Shown: piece by piece, positions 11,501 through 27,148 of the stretch
How positions within the stretch are numbered: position 1 is the first letter of the stretch
Layout of the letters: every line of letters starts with the position of its first letter
From: Nibricoccus sp.
Lineage (GTDB): Bacteria; Verrucomicrobiota; Verrucomicrobiia; Opitutales; Opitutaceae
DNA: 64,000 bases
Reading direction: 5' to 3'
NCBI GenBank assembly: GCA_047602425.1
Contig: JASGHG010000001.1
Location: forward strand, 3,008,001 to 3,072,000
The notes under the pieces: model-generated
Database searches by the model: none
What the model was told of the DNA's origin: nothing
The model's input: only the letters and a program-made list of their open reading frames with translations
Made by a program: the position numbers and the translations under genes

Positions 11501-12305
11501 TCGCGAGCGCAAGATCTCCGGCATCGAAGCCGGTGAAGACGCTGGCAACGGCGCCATCAAGCAGGTCAAGGTCTACGTCGCCACCAAGGAAAAACTCCAG
11601 GTTGGTGACAAGATGGCCGGCCGCCACGGTAACAAGGGCGTCGTCGCCAAGATCGTTCCCGAGGAAGATATGCCGTTCCTTCCGGACGGCACTCCGATCG
11701 AAATCTGCCTCAATCCGCTGGGCGTGCCTTCCCGCATGAACGTCGGTCAGGTTCTCGAAACGCACCTTGGTTGGGCCTGCAAAAAGCTCGGCCTCAAGGT
11801 TGCGACGCCGGTGTTCGACGGAATTCCTGAAAAGAAAGTCCGTGAATACCTCAAGGACGCCAAACTACCCAGTACCGGCAAGAGCCCGCTCTTCGACGGA
11901 CGCACGGGTGAGAAGGTCGATCAAGAGGTCGTTGTTGGCTACATCTACATGATGAAGCTGAACCATCTCGTCTCCCACAAGATCCACGCCCGCGCCGTCG
12001 GTCCGTACTCGCTCGTCACGCAGCAGCCGCTGGGTGGCAAGGCCCAGTACGGCGGTCAGCGCTTCGGCGAAATGGAAGTGTGGGCGCTCGAAGCCTATGG
12101 CGCGGCGCACACCCTCCAGGAGCTCCTCACCGTCAAGTCCGACGACGTCCAGGGACGCACCAAGATCTACGAATCGCTCGTCAAGGGCGACAACACGCTG
12201 ATCGCCGGCACGCCGGAATCGTTCAACGTCTTGATCAAGGAAATCCAGTCCCTCGGCCTCGACATCAAGCTCAACAAGCGCGACGCGCTGGGCTTCGGCG
12301 CCTAA
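8529..12305 (+). CDS. rpoB: RNA polymerase beta subunit
   Basis: [46 protein letters not shown]. Confidence 0.99.
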   Translation: MSDRANFGKLREVIQPPNLIEIQITSYLDFLQKGVPEKQRKPQGLEAVFKEVFPIESYDGRLVLEYVSYTLGEPKNTEIECIREGITYSVPLYVKLRLREEDFIKDEEIYMGEIPMVTERGSFIINGAERVVVSQLHRSPGIAFEVTPHPNGKPLHSFRIIPDRGTWLEVQFDNNDLLYVYLDRRRRRRKFLITTLLRSIGYSSDIDILNLFYEIKDLKVSKALDMENVSTLVLVEDAIDAQKGVVLARAFEPLTKAVVRTFEKHDITTIRVIDTAVDEGAIIRALKKDPTRNEEEALKEIYKRLRPGEPPTTANAKALLKRLFFDPKRYDLGRVGRYKINQKLGLKVDIEQRILESGDVTAATKYLVRLKKGEGVVDDIDHLGSRRVRTVGELLANQCRVGLSRTERLVRERMTMYDQSVDSITPQKLINPKALTTVIRDFFARSQLSQFMDQINPLAEVTHKRRLSALGPGGLNRERAGFEVRDVHPSHYGRICPIETPEGPNIGLINSLSTYARVNEFGFIETPYRVCKEGRVTDKIEYLTADQEEGKIIAQANSELDEKNHFVGKVTVRQQGNFLEVPAADVNLMDVSPKQVISIAAGMIPFLEHDDANRALMGSNMQRQGVPLLQAEAPFVGTGIEERVARDSKIVVVADEAGVVASADAKRIVITKDGELPKNFDKSPKSDPKSHVFVYELRKFMRSNAGTCFNQRPIVKKGQKIKAGEILADGPCTDKGEMALGRNVLVAFMPWNGYNFEDAILISEKVLKEDIFTSIHIQEFEVTARDTKLGPEEITRDIPNVGEEALKNLDHNGVIRVGAEVKPGDILVGKITPKSETELAPEEKLLRAIFGEKAADVKDTSLVVPSGVTGIIMDVKVSSRIDFEKEKLSPSDRRRQTKQIQEDYKTQMDKLREGLTEALSNILLGEKIPLDVVNGQSGEIIIPANRKITKTLLRKLAAVSKHVEIDPSPVRIKIMEIIGSYQSKFDELEQDRERKISGIEAGEDAGNGAIKQVKVYVATKEKLQVGDKMAGRHGNKGVVAKIVPEEDMPFLPDGTPIEICLNPLGVPSRMNVGQVLETHLGWACKKLGLKVATPVFDGIPEKKVREYLKDAKLPSTGKSPLFDGRTGEKVDQEVVVGYIYMMKLNHLVSHKIHARAVGPYSLVTQQPLGGKAQYGGQRFGEMEVWALEAYGAAHTLQELLTVKSDDVQGRTKIYESLVKGDNTLIAGTPESFNVLIKEIQSLGLDIKLNKRDALGFGA

Positions 12306-12355
12306 TCCGCCAAACCACGCGAACCCTTTAACAAAACATTCAGGGAAATATCTCA

Positions 12356-16508
<4,153 letters not shown>

Positions 16509-16555
16509 GAACTGATTTCTCGACCCACAGAAGCCGTTCGATCCAAACAAACTTC

Positions 16556-16590
16556 AAAGCCGTGAGCCAAAACTCACGGCTTTTTCATTT
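16556..16590 (+). terminator. Intrinsic terminator of rpoBC
   Basis: AAAGCCGTGAG-CCAAAA-CTCACGGCTTTTT. Confidence 0.85.
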
Positions 16591-16688
16591 TATTACCGAA
16601 GAAAAAGCATGCCTTCAGTTTCCAAAATTTACGTCAATTGGGTAAAATTTTCGCTTGCAATTTCTCCTGAAAAAAAGAGTCTTTAATT

Positions 16689-16767
16689 CCCTCCCGCCAA
16701 AAACCGCAACGTAGAGCTTAGCTCCGTTCGGTTTAATCGCCCGGCCTCGTGCCGGGCGATTTTTTTT
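16689..16767 (+). ncRNA. Candidate small RNA (about 80 nt): one hairpin plus an intrinsic terminator
   Basis: TTGCAA (16655-60) -35-like box upstream; hairpin AAACCG-c-AACG-ta-GAGC-TTA-GCTC-CGTT-CGGTTT; terminator AATCGCCCGGC-CTCGT-GCCGGGCGATT-T6; no ORF. Confidence 0.5.
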
Positions 16768-17774
16768 GCCCATTTTACTAACGCCCCAAGAAGTGGTTAT
16801 GACAATACGGGGTGTCCGTCATTCACGAAATTCGACCACAAAACGCTTGGCCTAAACTTCGTTACACCGGGTCAAAATCGTGTGCTGCAGAAGGCTGACG
16901 GCCTCTTAGACAAATTTCTTCGGAGCTATTTTGTGCTCCGCCTCTCGTTTGGCCCGTGAATATGCCTCGGTTAAAGGCAAAGTTTAGCCAGGGAAGAATC
17001 GTCGGACCGACCAATGACGCTTAGCGTTTACGATATTCTTTTTGGACTGGCGCCTTTCGTCCAGCGATCCGCGCTCAAAAATGAATTATCGAGTCAAATG
17101 GTCGCCTGGGATAATTGGCCCAAGTCTCGGTTTGTTTTAACTCAGCTTAAAATAGCGGTAATAAAAGGTTAGTGAATTCCCGGGATTCGCAACATGCTTG
17201 GTTCTTTCATGTAGTTTCTGTTTTTCCTTGGCAGAGGCACGGGCCGCGTCTGCGGCGCGAAATTCCCCTGGGAAACAATCGATTTCTTCCGTTGGGTCAC
17301 GCGTGCGTTCAGGAATACTTGGATGACGAACTTTTATATAGAGGTAATTGCCGGGTGAAATCGGGAGCCTTGTTTGGAGGAATTGATGCCCGAGTCCGCA
17401 CAGGCCTCTTTGGGCATGGTTGATTTTTGGGGAAAGCGGTTCGCGTCGTCACCTTAGCCGGATTGCCTTGATGAGCGCACGGGAACGAGGGGAGTAAAAC
17501 GAGTATGTTTGTTTTTTAGGCAGCTTCTCGGTGAAACGTTTTTCCGTTCGTTATGACGAGATTGAGCTGCAAATACGTTTCTTTTTCAGAGGAGAAAGAG
17601 AAGGGCAGGGGATTTGGGCTTGCATAGAGGATATGGGACATGGTGTTCTGACCCTCCCTATTTTTCGCTCAGTCTTGCGCGTTGTCTGCTCCCGGGTGGA
17701 TGACGCTTTTATTACCGAAAATTCGCGACGACCTCGCCGAATCTTCACGCAGTTTACTTTTCTCGAAAAAGTGC

Positions 17775-17802
17775 TTGCCGACAATTTGGCGGCTGGTACT
17801 TT
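17775..17802 (+). promoter_or_regulatory. Putative sigma70 promoter of the str operon
   Basis: TTGCCG-N16-TACTTT, 35 nt upstream of the rpsL ATG. Confidence 0.5.
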
Positions 17803-17837
17803 TCGCGTCTTTTCCTCATTTCAGACCCTTTTCCGAT

Positions 17838-18218
17838 ATGCCGACCATCAATCAACTCGTTCGCAAAGGCCGCCGCAAGGTGACGGCCAAGTCCAAGTCT
17901 CCGGCCTTGGCTGGCAACCCCTTCCGTCGTGGCGTTTGCGTGCAGGTCATGACCCGCACGCCCAAGAAGCCGAACTCCGCCATCCGTAAGGTCGCGAAGG
18001 TTCGTCTCACGAACGGCAACGAGGTGATCTCCTACATCCCTGACGAAGGTCACAACCTCCAGGAGCACTCGATCGTGCTCGTACGTGGTGGCCGTGTTAA
18101 GGATCTCCCCGGCGTTCGTTACCATATCGTCCGCGGTACGCTCGACGCCACCGGTGTTGAGAAACGTCGTCGCTCCCGTTCCAAGTACGGCGTCAAACGC
18201 CCGAAGGCCGCCAAGTAA
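17838..18218 (+). CDS. rpsL: 30S ribosomal protein S12
   Basis: [32 protein letters not shown]. Confidence 0.99.
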   Translation: MPTINQLVRKGRRKVTAKSKSPALAGNPFRRGVCVQVMTRTPKKPNSAIRKVAKVRLTNGNEVISYIPDEGHNLQEHSIVLVRGGRVKDLPGVRYHIVRGTLDATGVEKRRRSRSKYGVKRPKAAK

Positions 18219-18250
18219 AAACCGTTCTTTTTAATTAATCCTATTTCGTC

Positions 18251-18724
18251 ATGTCACGCCGCCACAGAGCCGAAAAACGTCAAGTTGTCCCCGACATTCG
18301 CTACAGCAGCCCGCTCGTAGCCCATCTCGTCAATGTCATCATGAAGAGCGGCAAGAAGAACCTTGCCCAGCGCATCGTTTACGGTGCCTTCGAGAAGGTC
18401 TCTGAGAAACTCGGCAAGGGCGACCCGGTCGACCTGCTGATTGGCGCGCTGGAAAACGCCCGCCCCCGCCTTGAAGTCAAGAGCCGCCGCGTTGGTGGTG
18501 CGACCTATCAAGTCCCGGTTGAAATTTCGTACGAGCGTCAGGAAAGCCTCGCGCTCCGTTGGATCGTTGACGCTGCTGGTTCCCGCAAGGGCGTGCCGAT
18601 GCGCGAAGCTCTCGCCGCCGAAATCGTCGATGCCTATAACAATACGGGCACCGTGGTGAAGAAGAAGGAAGATACCCACAAGATGGCCCAGGCCAATCGC
18701 GCCTTCGCCCACCTTCGCTGGTAA
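18251..18724 (+). CDS. rpsG: 30S ribosomal protein S7
   Basis: [24 protein letters not shown]. Confidence 0.99.
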   Translation: MSRRHRAEKRQVVPDIRYSSPLVAHLVNVIMKSGKKNLAQRIVYGAFEKVSEKLGKGDPVDLLIGALENARPRLEVKSRRVGGATYQVPVEISYERQESLALRWIVDAAGSRKGVPMREALAAEIVDAYNNTGTVVKKKEDTHKMAQANRAFAHLRW

Positions 18725-18748
18725 CCCTCAACGCCGGTCCCATCCAAC

Positions 18749-20944
18749 ATGTCCGACGCCGCCACACCTACTATTACTGTCGTTACCGACAAGGCCAAGA
18801 TTTCCTCGGTCAACGCCAAGGATCGTCCGTTCCCGCTCGAATGGACGCGCAACATTGGCATTGCCGCGCATATTGACGCCGGCAAGACCACCTGCACCGA
18901 GCGCATTCTTTTCTACTCGGGCGCCGTCCACAAGATGGGCGAAGTGCACGAAGGCACCACCGTCACCGACTGGATGGAACAGGAGCGCGAGCGTGGTATC
19001 ACGATTACCGCCGCCGCCATTTCCTGCGCTTGGAACTCCTCGTGCGGTCCTTGGAAAGGCATCAAGCAACGTATCAACATCATTGATACTCCCGGACACG
19101 TTGACTTCACCGCTGAAGTCGAACGCTCCCTCCGTGTGCTCGACGGCGCGGTCGCCGTTTTCTGCGCCGTTGCCGGTGTGCAGCCTCAGTCTGAAACCGT
19201 TTGGCGCCAGGCCAACAAGTACCGCGTTCCCCGCCTCGCGTTCATCAACAAGATGGACCGCGTTGGCGCCGACTTCTTCCGCGCTGTCTCCGAAATGCGC
19301 GAAAAGCTCAAGGCCAACGCTCATCCTCTTTTCATTCCGATCGGCAAAGAAGAAAACTTCTCCGGTGTGGTCGATCTTGTGCAGAACGTCGCTTATTCCT
19401 TCGCGGAAGACCCGGCCGATGTCCTTGGTCTTAACCCCAAGACGATGCCGATTCCGGACGACATGGCTGCGCAGGCCAAGGAATACCGCGACAAGCTGAT
19501 CGAAGCCGTTTCCGATTTCGACGACGTCATTGCCGAAAAATATCTCGGTGGCGAAGAAATCAGCGTTAACGAGCTCATGCTTGGCGTCCGCAAGGCCACC
19601 ATTTCGCTCAAGTTCACGGGCGTCATTCCTGGTTCTGCCTTCAAGAAGAAGGGCGTTCAGCGCCTCCTTGATTGCGTCGTCAACTACCTCCCAAGCCCGA
19701 TCGACGTCCCTCCGATGAAGGGTCAAGATAGCGATGGCAAGGAAGTGGAAGCCGTTGTCAGCGATTCCGCCAAGCTTGCCGGCCTCGCCTTCAAGCTTTG
19801 GAACGATCCTTTCGTCGGCCGCCTGGTTTTCTACCGCGTTTACACCGGCCAGATCAAGAAGGGCATGACCCTCTACAATCCGCGCACCCGCCGCACTGAG
19901 CGCCTCAGCCGCCTCGTGCTCATGCGCGCCGTTGATCGCGAAGAAATCGAACTCGCTTACGCGGGCGACATCTGCGCGCTCGTCGGTATCAAGGACGTCA
20001 TCACCGGCGACACGCTGTGCGACGAAGATTTCGACATCCGTCTTGAACCACCGTCCTTCCCCGAGCCTGTTATCTCGATGTCCATCGAGCCAAACTCGAA
20101 GGGCGATCAGGAAAAGATGGGCACCGCTCTTCAGCGTCTCGTGGCGGAAGATCCGACCCTCCGCGTCAAGACCGATCCGGACACCGGCCAAACCATTCTC
20201 GCCGGCATGGGCGAACTCCACCTCGACATCATCCGCGACCGCATGAAGCGCGAGTTCAAGGTTGAGGCGACCGCGGGCAAACCGCAGATCGCTTACCGCG
20301 AAACCATTTCCAAGCCTGCTGACGGTGAAGGTAAATTCATCCGCCAGTCCGGTGGTAAAGGTCAGTACGGCCACGTCGTGGTCAAACTCGAACCAAACGA
20401 AAAGGGCAAAGGCGTCGAAGTCATCAACGAAATCGTTGGCGGCGTCATCCCGAAGGAATTCATCAAGCCCGCGACCGAAGGTATTCTTGAAGGTGCGAAC
20501 AACGGTGTCGTTGCCGGATATCCGGTGGTCGACGTCAAGGTGCGCATTGTCGACGGTTCCTTCCACGAAGTCGACTCGTCGGAACTCGCGTTTAAGATGG
20601 CTGGTATCTTCGGCTTCAAGGAAGCGATGAAGAAGGCCAATCCGATCCTCCTTGAACCCATCATGGGCGTCGAAGTCACCACGCCTGAAGATTACCAAGG
20701 CGATCTCATGGGCGACATCAACCGTCGTCGTGGCACCATCCAAGGCATCGAAAACAAGGGCGGCGCCTGCATCATCAACGCAGCCGTTCCGCTCGAAATG
20801 CTCTTCGGCTACGTCACCGACATTCGTTCTCTCTCGAAGGGCCGTGCCAGCGCCGGCATCACGCCGTCGCACTTCGAACAAGTTCCAAACTCCCTCCTCG
20901 CCAAGATCGTCGAGACTTCCTCGAAGGCTCCGGCTCGCAGCTAA
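18749..20944 (+). CDS. fusA: Elongation factor G
   Basis: RNIGIAAHIDAGKTT, DTPGHVDF, GMGELHL, QSGGKGQYGHV. Confidence 0.99.
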   Translation: MSDAATPTITVVTDKAKISSVNAKDRPFPLEWTRNIGIAAHIDAGKTTCTERILFYSGAVHKMGEVHEGTTVTDWMEQERERGITITAAAISCAWNSSCGPWKGIKQRINIIDTPGHVDFTAEVERSLRVLDGAVAVFCAVAGVQPQSETVWRQANKYRVPRLAFINKMDRVGADFFRAVSEMREKLKANAHPLFIPIGKEENFSGVVDLVQNVAYSFAEDPADVLGLNPKTMPIPDDMAAQAKEYRDKLIEAVSDFDDVIAEKYLGGEEISVNELMLGVRKATISLKFTGVIPGSAFKKKGVQRLLDCVVNYLPSPIDVPPMKGQDSDGKEVEAVVSDSAKLAGLAFKLWNDPFVGRLVFYRVYTGQIKKGMTLYNPRTRRTERLSRLVLMRAVDREEIELAYAGDICALVGIKDVITGDTLCDEDFDIRLEPPSFPEPVISMSIEPNSKGDQEKMGTALQRLVAEDPTLRVKTDPDTGQTILAGMGELHLDIIRDRMKREFKVEATAGKPQIAYRETISKPADGEGKFIRQSGGKGQYGHVVVKLEPNEKGKGVEVINEIVGGVIPKEFIKPATEGILEGANNGVVAGYPVVDVKVRIVDGSFHEVDSSELAFKMAGIFGFKEAMKKANPILLEPIMGVEVTTPEDYQGDLMGDINRRRGTIQGIENKGGACIINAAVPLEMLFGYVTDIRSLSKGRASAGITPSHFEQVPNSLLAKIVETSSKAPARS

Positions 20945-20965
20945 ACCCTCGTTCTTTTTATCGCC

Positions 20966-21274
20966 ATGAAAGGCCAACGCATTCGCATCAAACTCCAAGG
21001 CTTCGACTATCGCGTGATCGACCAGTCCGCTTCGGAGATTGTCGAGACCGCCAAGCGCTCCGGCGCCCGCGTGTCCGGCCCGATCCCGCTCCCGACCCGC
21101 GTCGAGAAGCTCTCGGTCAACCGCTCGCCGCACGTCGACAAGAAGTCGATGGAGCAGTTCGAGACCCGCACGCACAAGCGTCTCATCGACATTATCGAAC
21201 CCACCGCCCAGACCGTGGACGAGCTCAAGAAGCTCAACCTCCCGTCCGGCGTCGACATCACCATCAACGTCTAA
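20966..21274 (+). CDS. rpsJ: 30S ribosomal protein S10
   Basis: [21 protein letters not shown]. Confidence 0.99.
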   Translation: MKGQRIRIKLQGFDYRVIDQSASEIVETAKRSGARVSGPIPLPTRVEKLSVNRSPHVDKKSMEQFETRTHKRLIDIIEPTAQTVDELKKLNLPSGVDITINV

Positions 21275-21398
21275 CACGCACCCATTTTAGTATCCTAACA
21301 GTTCATACATAGCAGTTGCTCATGTGCGCCCCGCGCACCGCTGAGTCCCTCGCTAATGTAGGTACCAAACGGAAAACCTTCCACCTACCACTTAGCCC

Positions 21399-22046
21399 AT
21401 GACCTCTACGCTCCTAGGCAAAAAAATCGGAATGACGCAGGTCTACGACGCTCAAAACGTCCTAGTTCCCGTCACCGTGGTTGAAGCCGGTCCCTGCCCG
21501 GTCGTCCAAGTCAAGACGACCCAGACCGACGGCTACAACGCCGTTCAACTCGGCTTCTCCAAGAAAAAGGAAAAGAACACCGCGAAGGCCGAACAGGCTC
21601 ACGCCAAAAAGGCCGGTCTCGAAGAGACGCCCCGCGTGATCAGCGAACTTCGCTTCGATGGCGAGCCCACCCTCAAGGTTGGCGATGTCGTAACGGTTTC
21701 GGTTTTCGCCGAAGGCCAGTTCGTCGACGTCATCGGCATCACCAAGGGCAAAGGCTTCCAAGGTGTCGTCCGCCGCTTCCGCGTCGGCGGCGGTCCCGCC
21801 TCCCACGGTTCGATGTTCCACCGCCGCATCGGCGCCATCGGTCAACGCCAGACTCCTGGCCGCACCTGGCGCAACCAGAAAATGCCCGGTCACATGGGCA
21901 GCGAAAAACGCACCGTGCAGAATCTCCGCATCGTGAAGATTCTCCCGGAAAAGAACCTCATCCTCGTGAAGGGTGCGATCCCCGGCGCCAACGGCGACGA
22001 CGTCATCGTCCGCTCCGCCATCAAGGGTCAGCCCAAAAAAGCCTAA
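21399..22046 (+). CDS. rplC: 50S ribosomal protein L3
   Basis: GKKIGMTQ, DGYNAVQLG, KGKGFQG, MPGHMG. Confidence 0.99.
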   Translation: MTSTLLGKKIGMTQVYDAQNVLVPVTVVEAGPCPVVQVKTTQTDGYNAVQLGFSKKKEKNTAKAEQAHAKKAGLEETPRVISELRFDGEPTLKVGDVVTVSVFAEGQFVDVIGITKGKGFQGVVRRFRVGGGPASHGSMFHRRIGAIGQRQTPGRTWRNQKMPGHMGSEKRTVQNLRIVKILPEKNLILVKGAIPGANGDDVIVRSAIKGQPKKA

Positions 22047-22066
22047 CCACCCGGAGGAACTAGCAA

Positions 22067-22702
22067 ATGAAACTTAAAGTTTTCACATCCGACGGCACGT
22101 CCTCGAGCGAACAAGATTTCGCCGGATTCCCGACCTTCGAAGGCGATCGTGGCCTTCAGGCAGTCAAGGAAGTCATCGTCGCCATCAACGCCAACAACCG
22201 TCTCGGCACGCATTCCACCAAGACCCGCGGCGAAGTCCGCGGCGGTGGCAAGAAGCCCTGGAAGCAAAAGGGCACCGGTCGCGCCCGCGCCGGCTCCATC
22301 CGCTCGCCCCTTTGGGGTGGTGGTGGCGTCGTGTTCGGCCCGAAGCCCCGCGATTATTCCAAGAAGATCAATTCCAAGGTCAAAGCCCTCGCTTTCAGCC
22401 GCGCGCTCTTTGATCGCGCCACTGCAGGTGACATCGATGTCATTGAAAGCTTCGTTTCTTCCACGGCCAAAACCAAGGAAGTGAACCAAGTGATCGGTCG
22501 CATCGCCCCGAAGGGCAAGGTCCTCGTCGTCGACGCTGCCTTCGCTCCCGAAGCCACCCGCGCCGCGCGCAACATCGAACGCGTCAGCATGCAGGAAGCG
22601 TCCAAGCTCAACACCCTCGACCTGGCCCAGTACCAGAAGATCATCGTCTCCTCGGTCGCCCTCGAGAAAATCATCGCCCGCGTCAACGGAGGTCAGTCAT
22701 GA
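22067..22702 (+). CDS. rplD: 50S ribosomal protein L4
   Basis: GGGKKPWKQKGTGRARAGS, FGPKPRDY. Confidence 0.99.
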   Translation: MKLKVFTSDGTSSSEQDFAGFPTFEGDRGLQAVKEVIVAINANNRLGTHSTKTRGEVRGGGKKPWKQKGTGRARAGSIRSPLWGGGGVVFGPKPRDYSKKINSKVKALAFSRALFDRATAGDIDVIESFVSSTAKTKEVNQVIGRIAPKGKVLVVDAAFAPEATRAARNIERVSMQEASKLNTLDLAQYQKIIVSSVALEKIIARVNGGQS

Positions 22703-22983
22703 ACAAAACCGACAAAGTACTGAAGCTCGTCCGTCTCACGGAAAAATCGAACAAGCTCTCGGCCGAACTCGGCCAGTACACGTTCGAAGTTTTCAAGGAC
22801 GCCAACAAGCACTCCATCGCCGCAGCGGTTGAAAAGGCCTTCAAGGTCACCGTCACCCGCGTTAACACGCAAAATTACCGCGGCAAAAACAAACGCAGCC
22901 GCCAGGGCCAGCCCAGCACGACCTCCGACTACAAGAAGGCGATCGTCACGCTCAAGGCCGGCGACAAGATCGAACTCGTCTAA
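22699..22983 (+). CDS. rplW: 50S ribosomal protein L23
   Basis: LTEKS, YTFEV, KKAIVTLK. Confidence 0.97.
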   Translation: MNKTDKVLKLVRLTEKSNKLSAELGQYTFEVFKDANKHSIAAAVEKAFKVTVTRVNTQNYRGKNKRSRQGQPSTTSDYKKAIVTLKAGDKIELV

Positions 22984-23008
22984 CCGACGTCTACCGGAAA
23001 ATACCAAC

Positions 23009-23878
<870 letters not shown>

Positions 23879-23896
23879 CCCCGAACCTTTCGCACC

Positions 23897-24172
23897 ATGG
23901 CACGTTCCATCAAAAAAGGCTTTTTCGTTGATCTGCACCTCCTCGAAAAAATCGAGAAGGCAGTCAAAACCGGCGCCAAGAAGCCCATCCAGACTTGGTC
24001 GCGTCGTTCGACCATCACGCCCGACTTCATCGGCCACACCTTCAATGTTCACAACGGCAAGGCGTTCGTCGCCGTGTACGTCACCGAGAACATGGTCGGC
24101 CACAAGCTCGGCGAATTCGCTCCGACCCGCGTCTTCAAGGCGCACGGCGGCATGACCCGCAAAGAAATCTAA
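23897..24172 (+). CDS. rpsS: 30S ribosomal protein S19
   Basis: [21 protein letters not shown]. Confidence 0.99.
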   Translation: MARSIKKGFFVDLHLLEKIEKAVKTGAKKPIQTWSRRSTITPDFIGHTFNVHNGKAFVAVYVTENMVGHKLGEFAPTRVFKAHGGMTRKEI

Positions 24173-24252
24173 CTTTTAACCAAAACCAAAAGGGCAGGGT
24201 GCCGCTCGCGCGACGCTGCTGCCGCCTCCGAAAACGAAGGAATCCCGCACAC

Positions 24253-24594
24253 ATGGAAATCCAAGCCCTCACACGCTACGCGCGCATGTCTCCTAAAAAG
24301 ATGCGCGAAGTCGCTCGCACCGTTCAAGGCCGCAAGGCCACCGAGGCGGTCGATCTGCTCACGCTCATCCCGCGCAAATCCGCGCGTCTCATCGTCAAGA
24401 CGCTCAAGAGCGCCATCGCGAACGCCGAGAACAACAACAACCTCTCCGCCGACTCCCTCGTCGTGAAGAGCGCCATCATCGAAAACGGCCCGGTCCTGAA
24501 ACGCTTCAAGGCCGCCGCTCGCGGTTCCGCCGCGCCCCGCCGCAAGAAGATGTCCCACATCCGCATCGTCCTCTCGGACGGCAACACCAACTAA
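24253..24594 (+). CDS. rplV: 50S ribosomal protein L22
   Basis: [26 protein letters not shown]. Confidence 0.98.
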   Translation: MEIQALTRYARMSPKKMREVARTVQGRKATEAVDLLTLIPRKSARLIVKTLKSAIANAENNNNLSADSLVVKSAIIENGPVLKRFKAAARGSAAPRRKKMSHIRIVLSDGNTN

Positions 24595-24602
24595 CCTTCG
24601 CC

Positions 24603-25235
24603 ATGGGCCAAAAAACCAATCCTACAGGTTTCCGTCTCGCCGTCCGCCGCAACTGGCAGTCCCGCTGGTACGCGACCAAAAAAGATTTCGGCAAGCTCCT
24701 CGCCGAAGACCAGCTGATCCGTGAGAAACTCATGGAAAAGCTCAAGCAGGCCTCCGTGCCGCGCATCTTCATCGAGCGCGCCTCGAACCGCGTCCGCGTC
24801 AAGATCTACACCGCCCGTCCCGGCATCGTCATCGGTCGCAAGGGCCAGGAAATCGAGAAGATCAAGGAAGAGCTCGCGAAGCTCACCGGCAAAGAAATCC
24901 TTCTCGACATCCAGGAGGTCAAGAAGCCCGAGATCGAAGCCCAGCTCGTCGCTGAGAACGTCGCTCTCCAGCTTGAACGCCGCATTGCTTTCCGCCGCGC
25001 CATGAAGAAGGCCGTTGAAATGGCCATGACCCTCGGCGCCGAAGGCATCCGTATCCAATGCTCCGGCCGTCTCGGTGGCGCTGATATCGCCCGCCGCGAA
25101 TGGCAGCGCAAAGGCCGCGTGCCGCTGCACACCCTGCGCGAAAACATCGACTACGGATTCTCCGAGGCGAAGACCGTCTACGGCAAGATCGGCGTCAAAT
25201 GCTGGATCTGCAAAAAAGAAGCCGACAACAACTAA
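24603..25235 (+). CDS. rpsC: 30S ribosomal protein S3
   Basis: [31 protein letters not shown]. Confidence 0.99.
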   Translation: MGQKTNPTGFRLAVRRNWQSRWYATKKDFGKLLAEDQLIREKLMEKLKQASVPRIFIERASNRVRVKIYTARPGIVIGRKGQEIEKIKEELAKLTGKEILLDIQEVKKPEIEAQLVAENVALQLERRIAFRRAMKKAVEMAMTLGAEGIRIQCSGRLGGADIARREWQRKGRVPLHTLRENIDYGFSEAKTVYGKIGVKCWICKKEADNN

Positions 25236-25275
25236 TCCGCCCCTCCAAGGCACAAGACTTTAGGAGAATTCCTCC

Positions 25276-25698
25276 ATGGCTCTCTCACCCGCACGCACCA
25301 AATATCGTAAATCGCAGAAAGGCTCACGCGCCGGAAATGCAAAGCGCGGCAATACGCTCGCCTTCGGCGATTTCGGCCTGCAATCCCTCACCCGCGGTCC
25401 CATGACCGGCCAGCAGATCGAGGCCGCGCGCGTCACCATCTCGCGCCACCTCAAACGCAAGGGCAAACTCTGGATCCGCGTGTTCCCGCACAAGCCCGTC
25501 ACCAAGAAGCCCGCCGAAGTGCGCCAAGGCCAGGGTAAGGGTCCGGTCGAGTTCTACATCGCCCAGATCCGCCCCGGCGCCGTTCTCTTCGAACTCGCCG
25601 GCGTTCCTGCCACCATCGCCAAGGAGGCCTTCCGCCTCGCCGACGCGAAACTGCCCTTCCACTGCCGTTTCATCGTGCGTGAAGGCATCGCCACCTAA
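25276..25698 (+). CDS. rplP: 50S ribosomal protein L16
   Basis: [24 protein letters not shown]. Confidence 0.99.
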   Translation: MALSPARTKYRKSQKGSRAGNAKRGNTLAFGDFGLQSLTRGPMTGQQIEAARVTISRHLKRKGKLWIRVFPHKPVTKKPAEVRQGQGKGPVEFYIAQIRPGAVLFELAGVPATIAKEAFRLADAKLPFHCRFIVREGIAT

Positions 25699-25724
25699 CT
25701 GTAACCGCCAAACGGATACGCAAC

Positions 25725-25919
25725 ATGACTTCCAAAGAAATCCGCGACCTCTCGGTTACCGAGATTGAAACCAAGCTCCGCGAAGCCCGCGAGCAGCTCC
25801 TCCAACTCCGCCTGCGCAAGAACACCGGCCAGGTCGAAAAGACCCACGAGATCCGCGTGCTCCGCAAGGACATTGCCCGCCTCGAAACCGTCCGCACCCA
25901 GAAAAAGGCCGCCGCCTGA
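25725..25919 (+). CDS. rpmC: 50S ribosomal protein L29
   Basis: 64 aa, 'LLQLRL..TGQ....IR..RKDIAR'. Confidence 0.96.
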   Translation: MTSKEIRDLSVTEIETKLREAREQLLQLRLRKNTGQVEKTHEIRVLRKDIARLETVRTQKKAAA

Positions 25920-25952
25920 ACCCAGGTCCACCGCCAATAACCTTTAAAGACC

Positions 25953-26306
25953 ATGTCCTCTCCGACACGTAACAAACGCAAAGACCTCATCGGCTTCGTC
26001 ACCAGCCGCTCCGGCGACAAATCGATCAAGGTGACCGTCCCCTTCAAGACGCCGCACCCGCGTTACCACAAGGTCGTCAATCGCAAGACCGTCGTGCACG
26101 TTCACGACGAGAAGAACGAGACCAAGGTCGGCGACAAGGTCGAGATCATGGAATCCCGCCCGATCAGCCGCCTCAAGCGTTGGCGCGTCATCCGCGTCAT
26201 CGAGGCTGCCGTCGTCGCCAGTGCCGCCGTGACCGAGGCCGACGTCGCCGAAGCCGTGCCCACCAAGACCACCCAGAGCAACTCTGCTCCGGAAACCTCC
26301 GCCTAA
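25953..26306 (+). CDS. rpsQ: 30S ribosomal protein S17
   Basis: [21 protein letters not shown]; Ala/Thr-rich C-terminal tail. Confidence 0.98.
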   Translation: MSSPTRNKRKDLIGFVTSRSGDKSIKVTVPFKTPHPRYHKVVNRKTVVHVHDEKNETKVGDKVEIMESRPISRLKRWRVIRVIEAAVVASAAVTEADVAEAVPTKTTQSNSAPETSA

Positions 26307-26332
26307 CCAATCAACATCAGGAGGCTCCCGCC

Positions 26333-26698
26333 ATGATCCAACTACGTTCCATTCTCGAAGTCGCCGATAACACCGGCGCCCGCAAGGCCGCCTTCATCAG
26401 CCGCAAAGGTCAAAACACCGACACCGCGGCCGTGGGCGACATCATCACCGTTCACATCAAGGAAAGCACCACCGATGCCACCGTGAAGAAGGGCGAGGTC
26501 GCCAAGGCCGTCGTCGTTCGCACCAAGGCTCCGGTTCGTCGCTCCGACGGCAGCTACCTTCGCTTTGACAGCAACGCGATCGTCATCCTCGGCACCGACG
26601 GCAATCCCAAGGGCACCCGCATCTTCGGCCCGGTCGCTCGCGAACTGCGCGCGAAAAACTTCATGAAGATCATCTCGCTCGCTCCGGAGGTCCTCTAA
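26333..26698 (+). CDS. rplN: 50S ribosomal protein L14
   Basis: [30 protein letters not shown]. Confidence 0.99.
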   Translation: MIQLRSILEVADNTGARKAAFISRKGQNTDTAAVGDIITVHIKESTTDATVKKGEVAKAVVVRTKAPVRRSDGSYLRFDSNAIVILGTDGNPKGTRIFGPVARELRAKNFMKIISLAPEVL

Positions 26699-26699
26699 C

Positions 26700-26966
26700 A
26701 TGGCTACGAAATTTCACGTCAAACGCGGCGACCAAGTCGTCGTCATCGCCGGCTCCCACAAGGGCAAGTCGGGCAAAATCCTCGAAGTGCTGCCCTCGAA
26801 AGAGCGCGCCGTCGTCGAAGGCGTTGCGATGATCAAGCGGCATCTCAAGAAGTCGCAGGAGCATCCCAATGGCACGATCTCCGAACGCGAAGGCTCGATT
26901 CACATTTCGAACCTCATGAAGCAGGCCGACTTCGACAGCAGCAAACGCGCGAAGAAGACTGCCTAA
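26700..26966 (+). CDS. rplX: 50S ribosomal protein L24
   Basis: KRGDQVVVIAGSHKGKSG, IHISN. Confidence 0.98.
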   Translation: MATKFHVKRGDQVVVIAGSHKGKSGKILEVLPSKERAVVEGVAMIKRHLKKSQEHPNGTISEREGSIHISNLMKQADFDSSKRAKKTA

Positions 26967-26983
26967 CCGAAAGCGAAGGAATA

Positions 26984-27060
26984 AATTTCAAGGTTCAAGT
27001 CACGAGTCATCAGCCCTGTTCGCAGTTTTCTTGGCCCTCGCCACTTGGTTCTTGATCCCT
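26984..27060. repeat. Degenerate heptamer-periodic inverted repeat
   Basis: AATTTCA AGGTTCA AGTCACG AGTCATC ... CTTGGCC CTCGCCA CTTGGTT CTTGATC. Confidence 0.45.
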
Positions 27061-27148
27061 TCTTCGCCAAAGCACAACGTCGACCCTTTTCACCTTTAAA
27101 ACACAACTCTCCATGCCTCCGGGTCGGAAATCCGGTGGCCTCGCACCA

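Noticed and set aside
16509..17837. Replication origin in the long spacer
   Set aside because: No TTATCCACA-type DnaA box cluster seen
17172..17989. Plus-strand ORFs 17172-17423 and 17531-17989
   Set aside because: GTG starts, atypical codon usage, no motifs; the second overlaps rpsL out of frame
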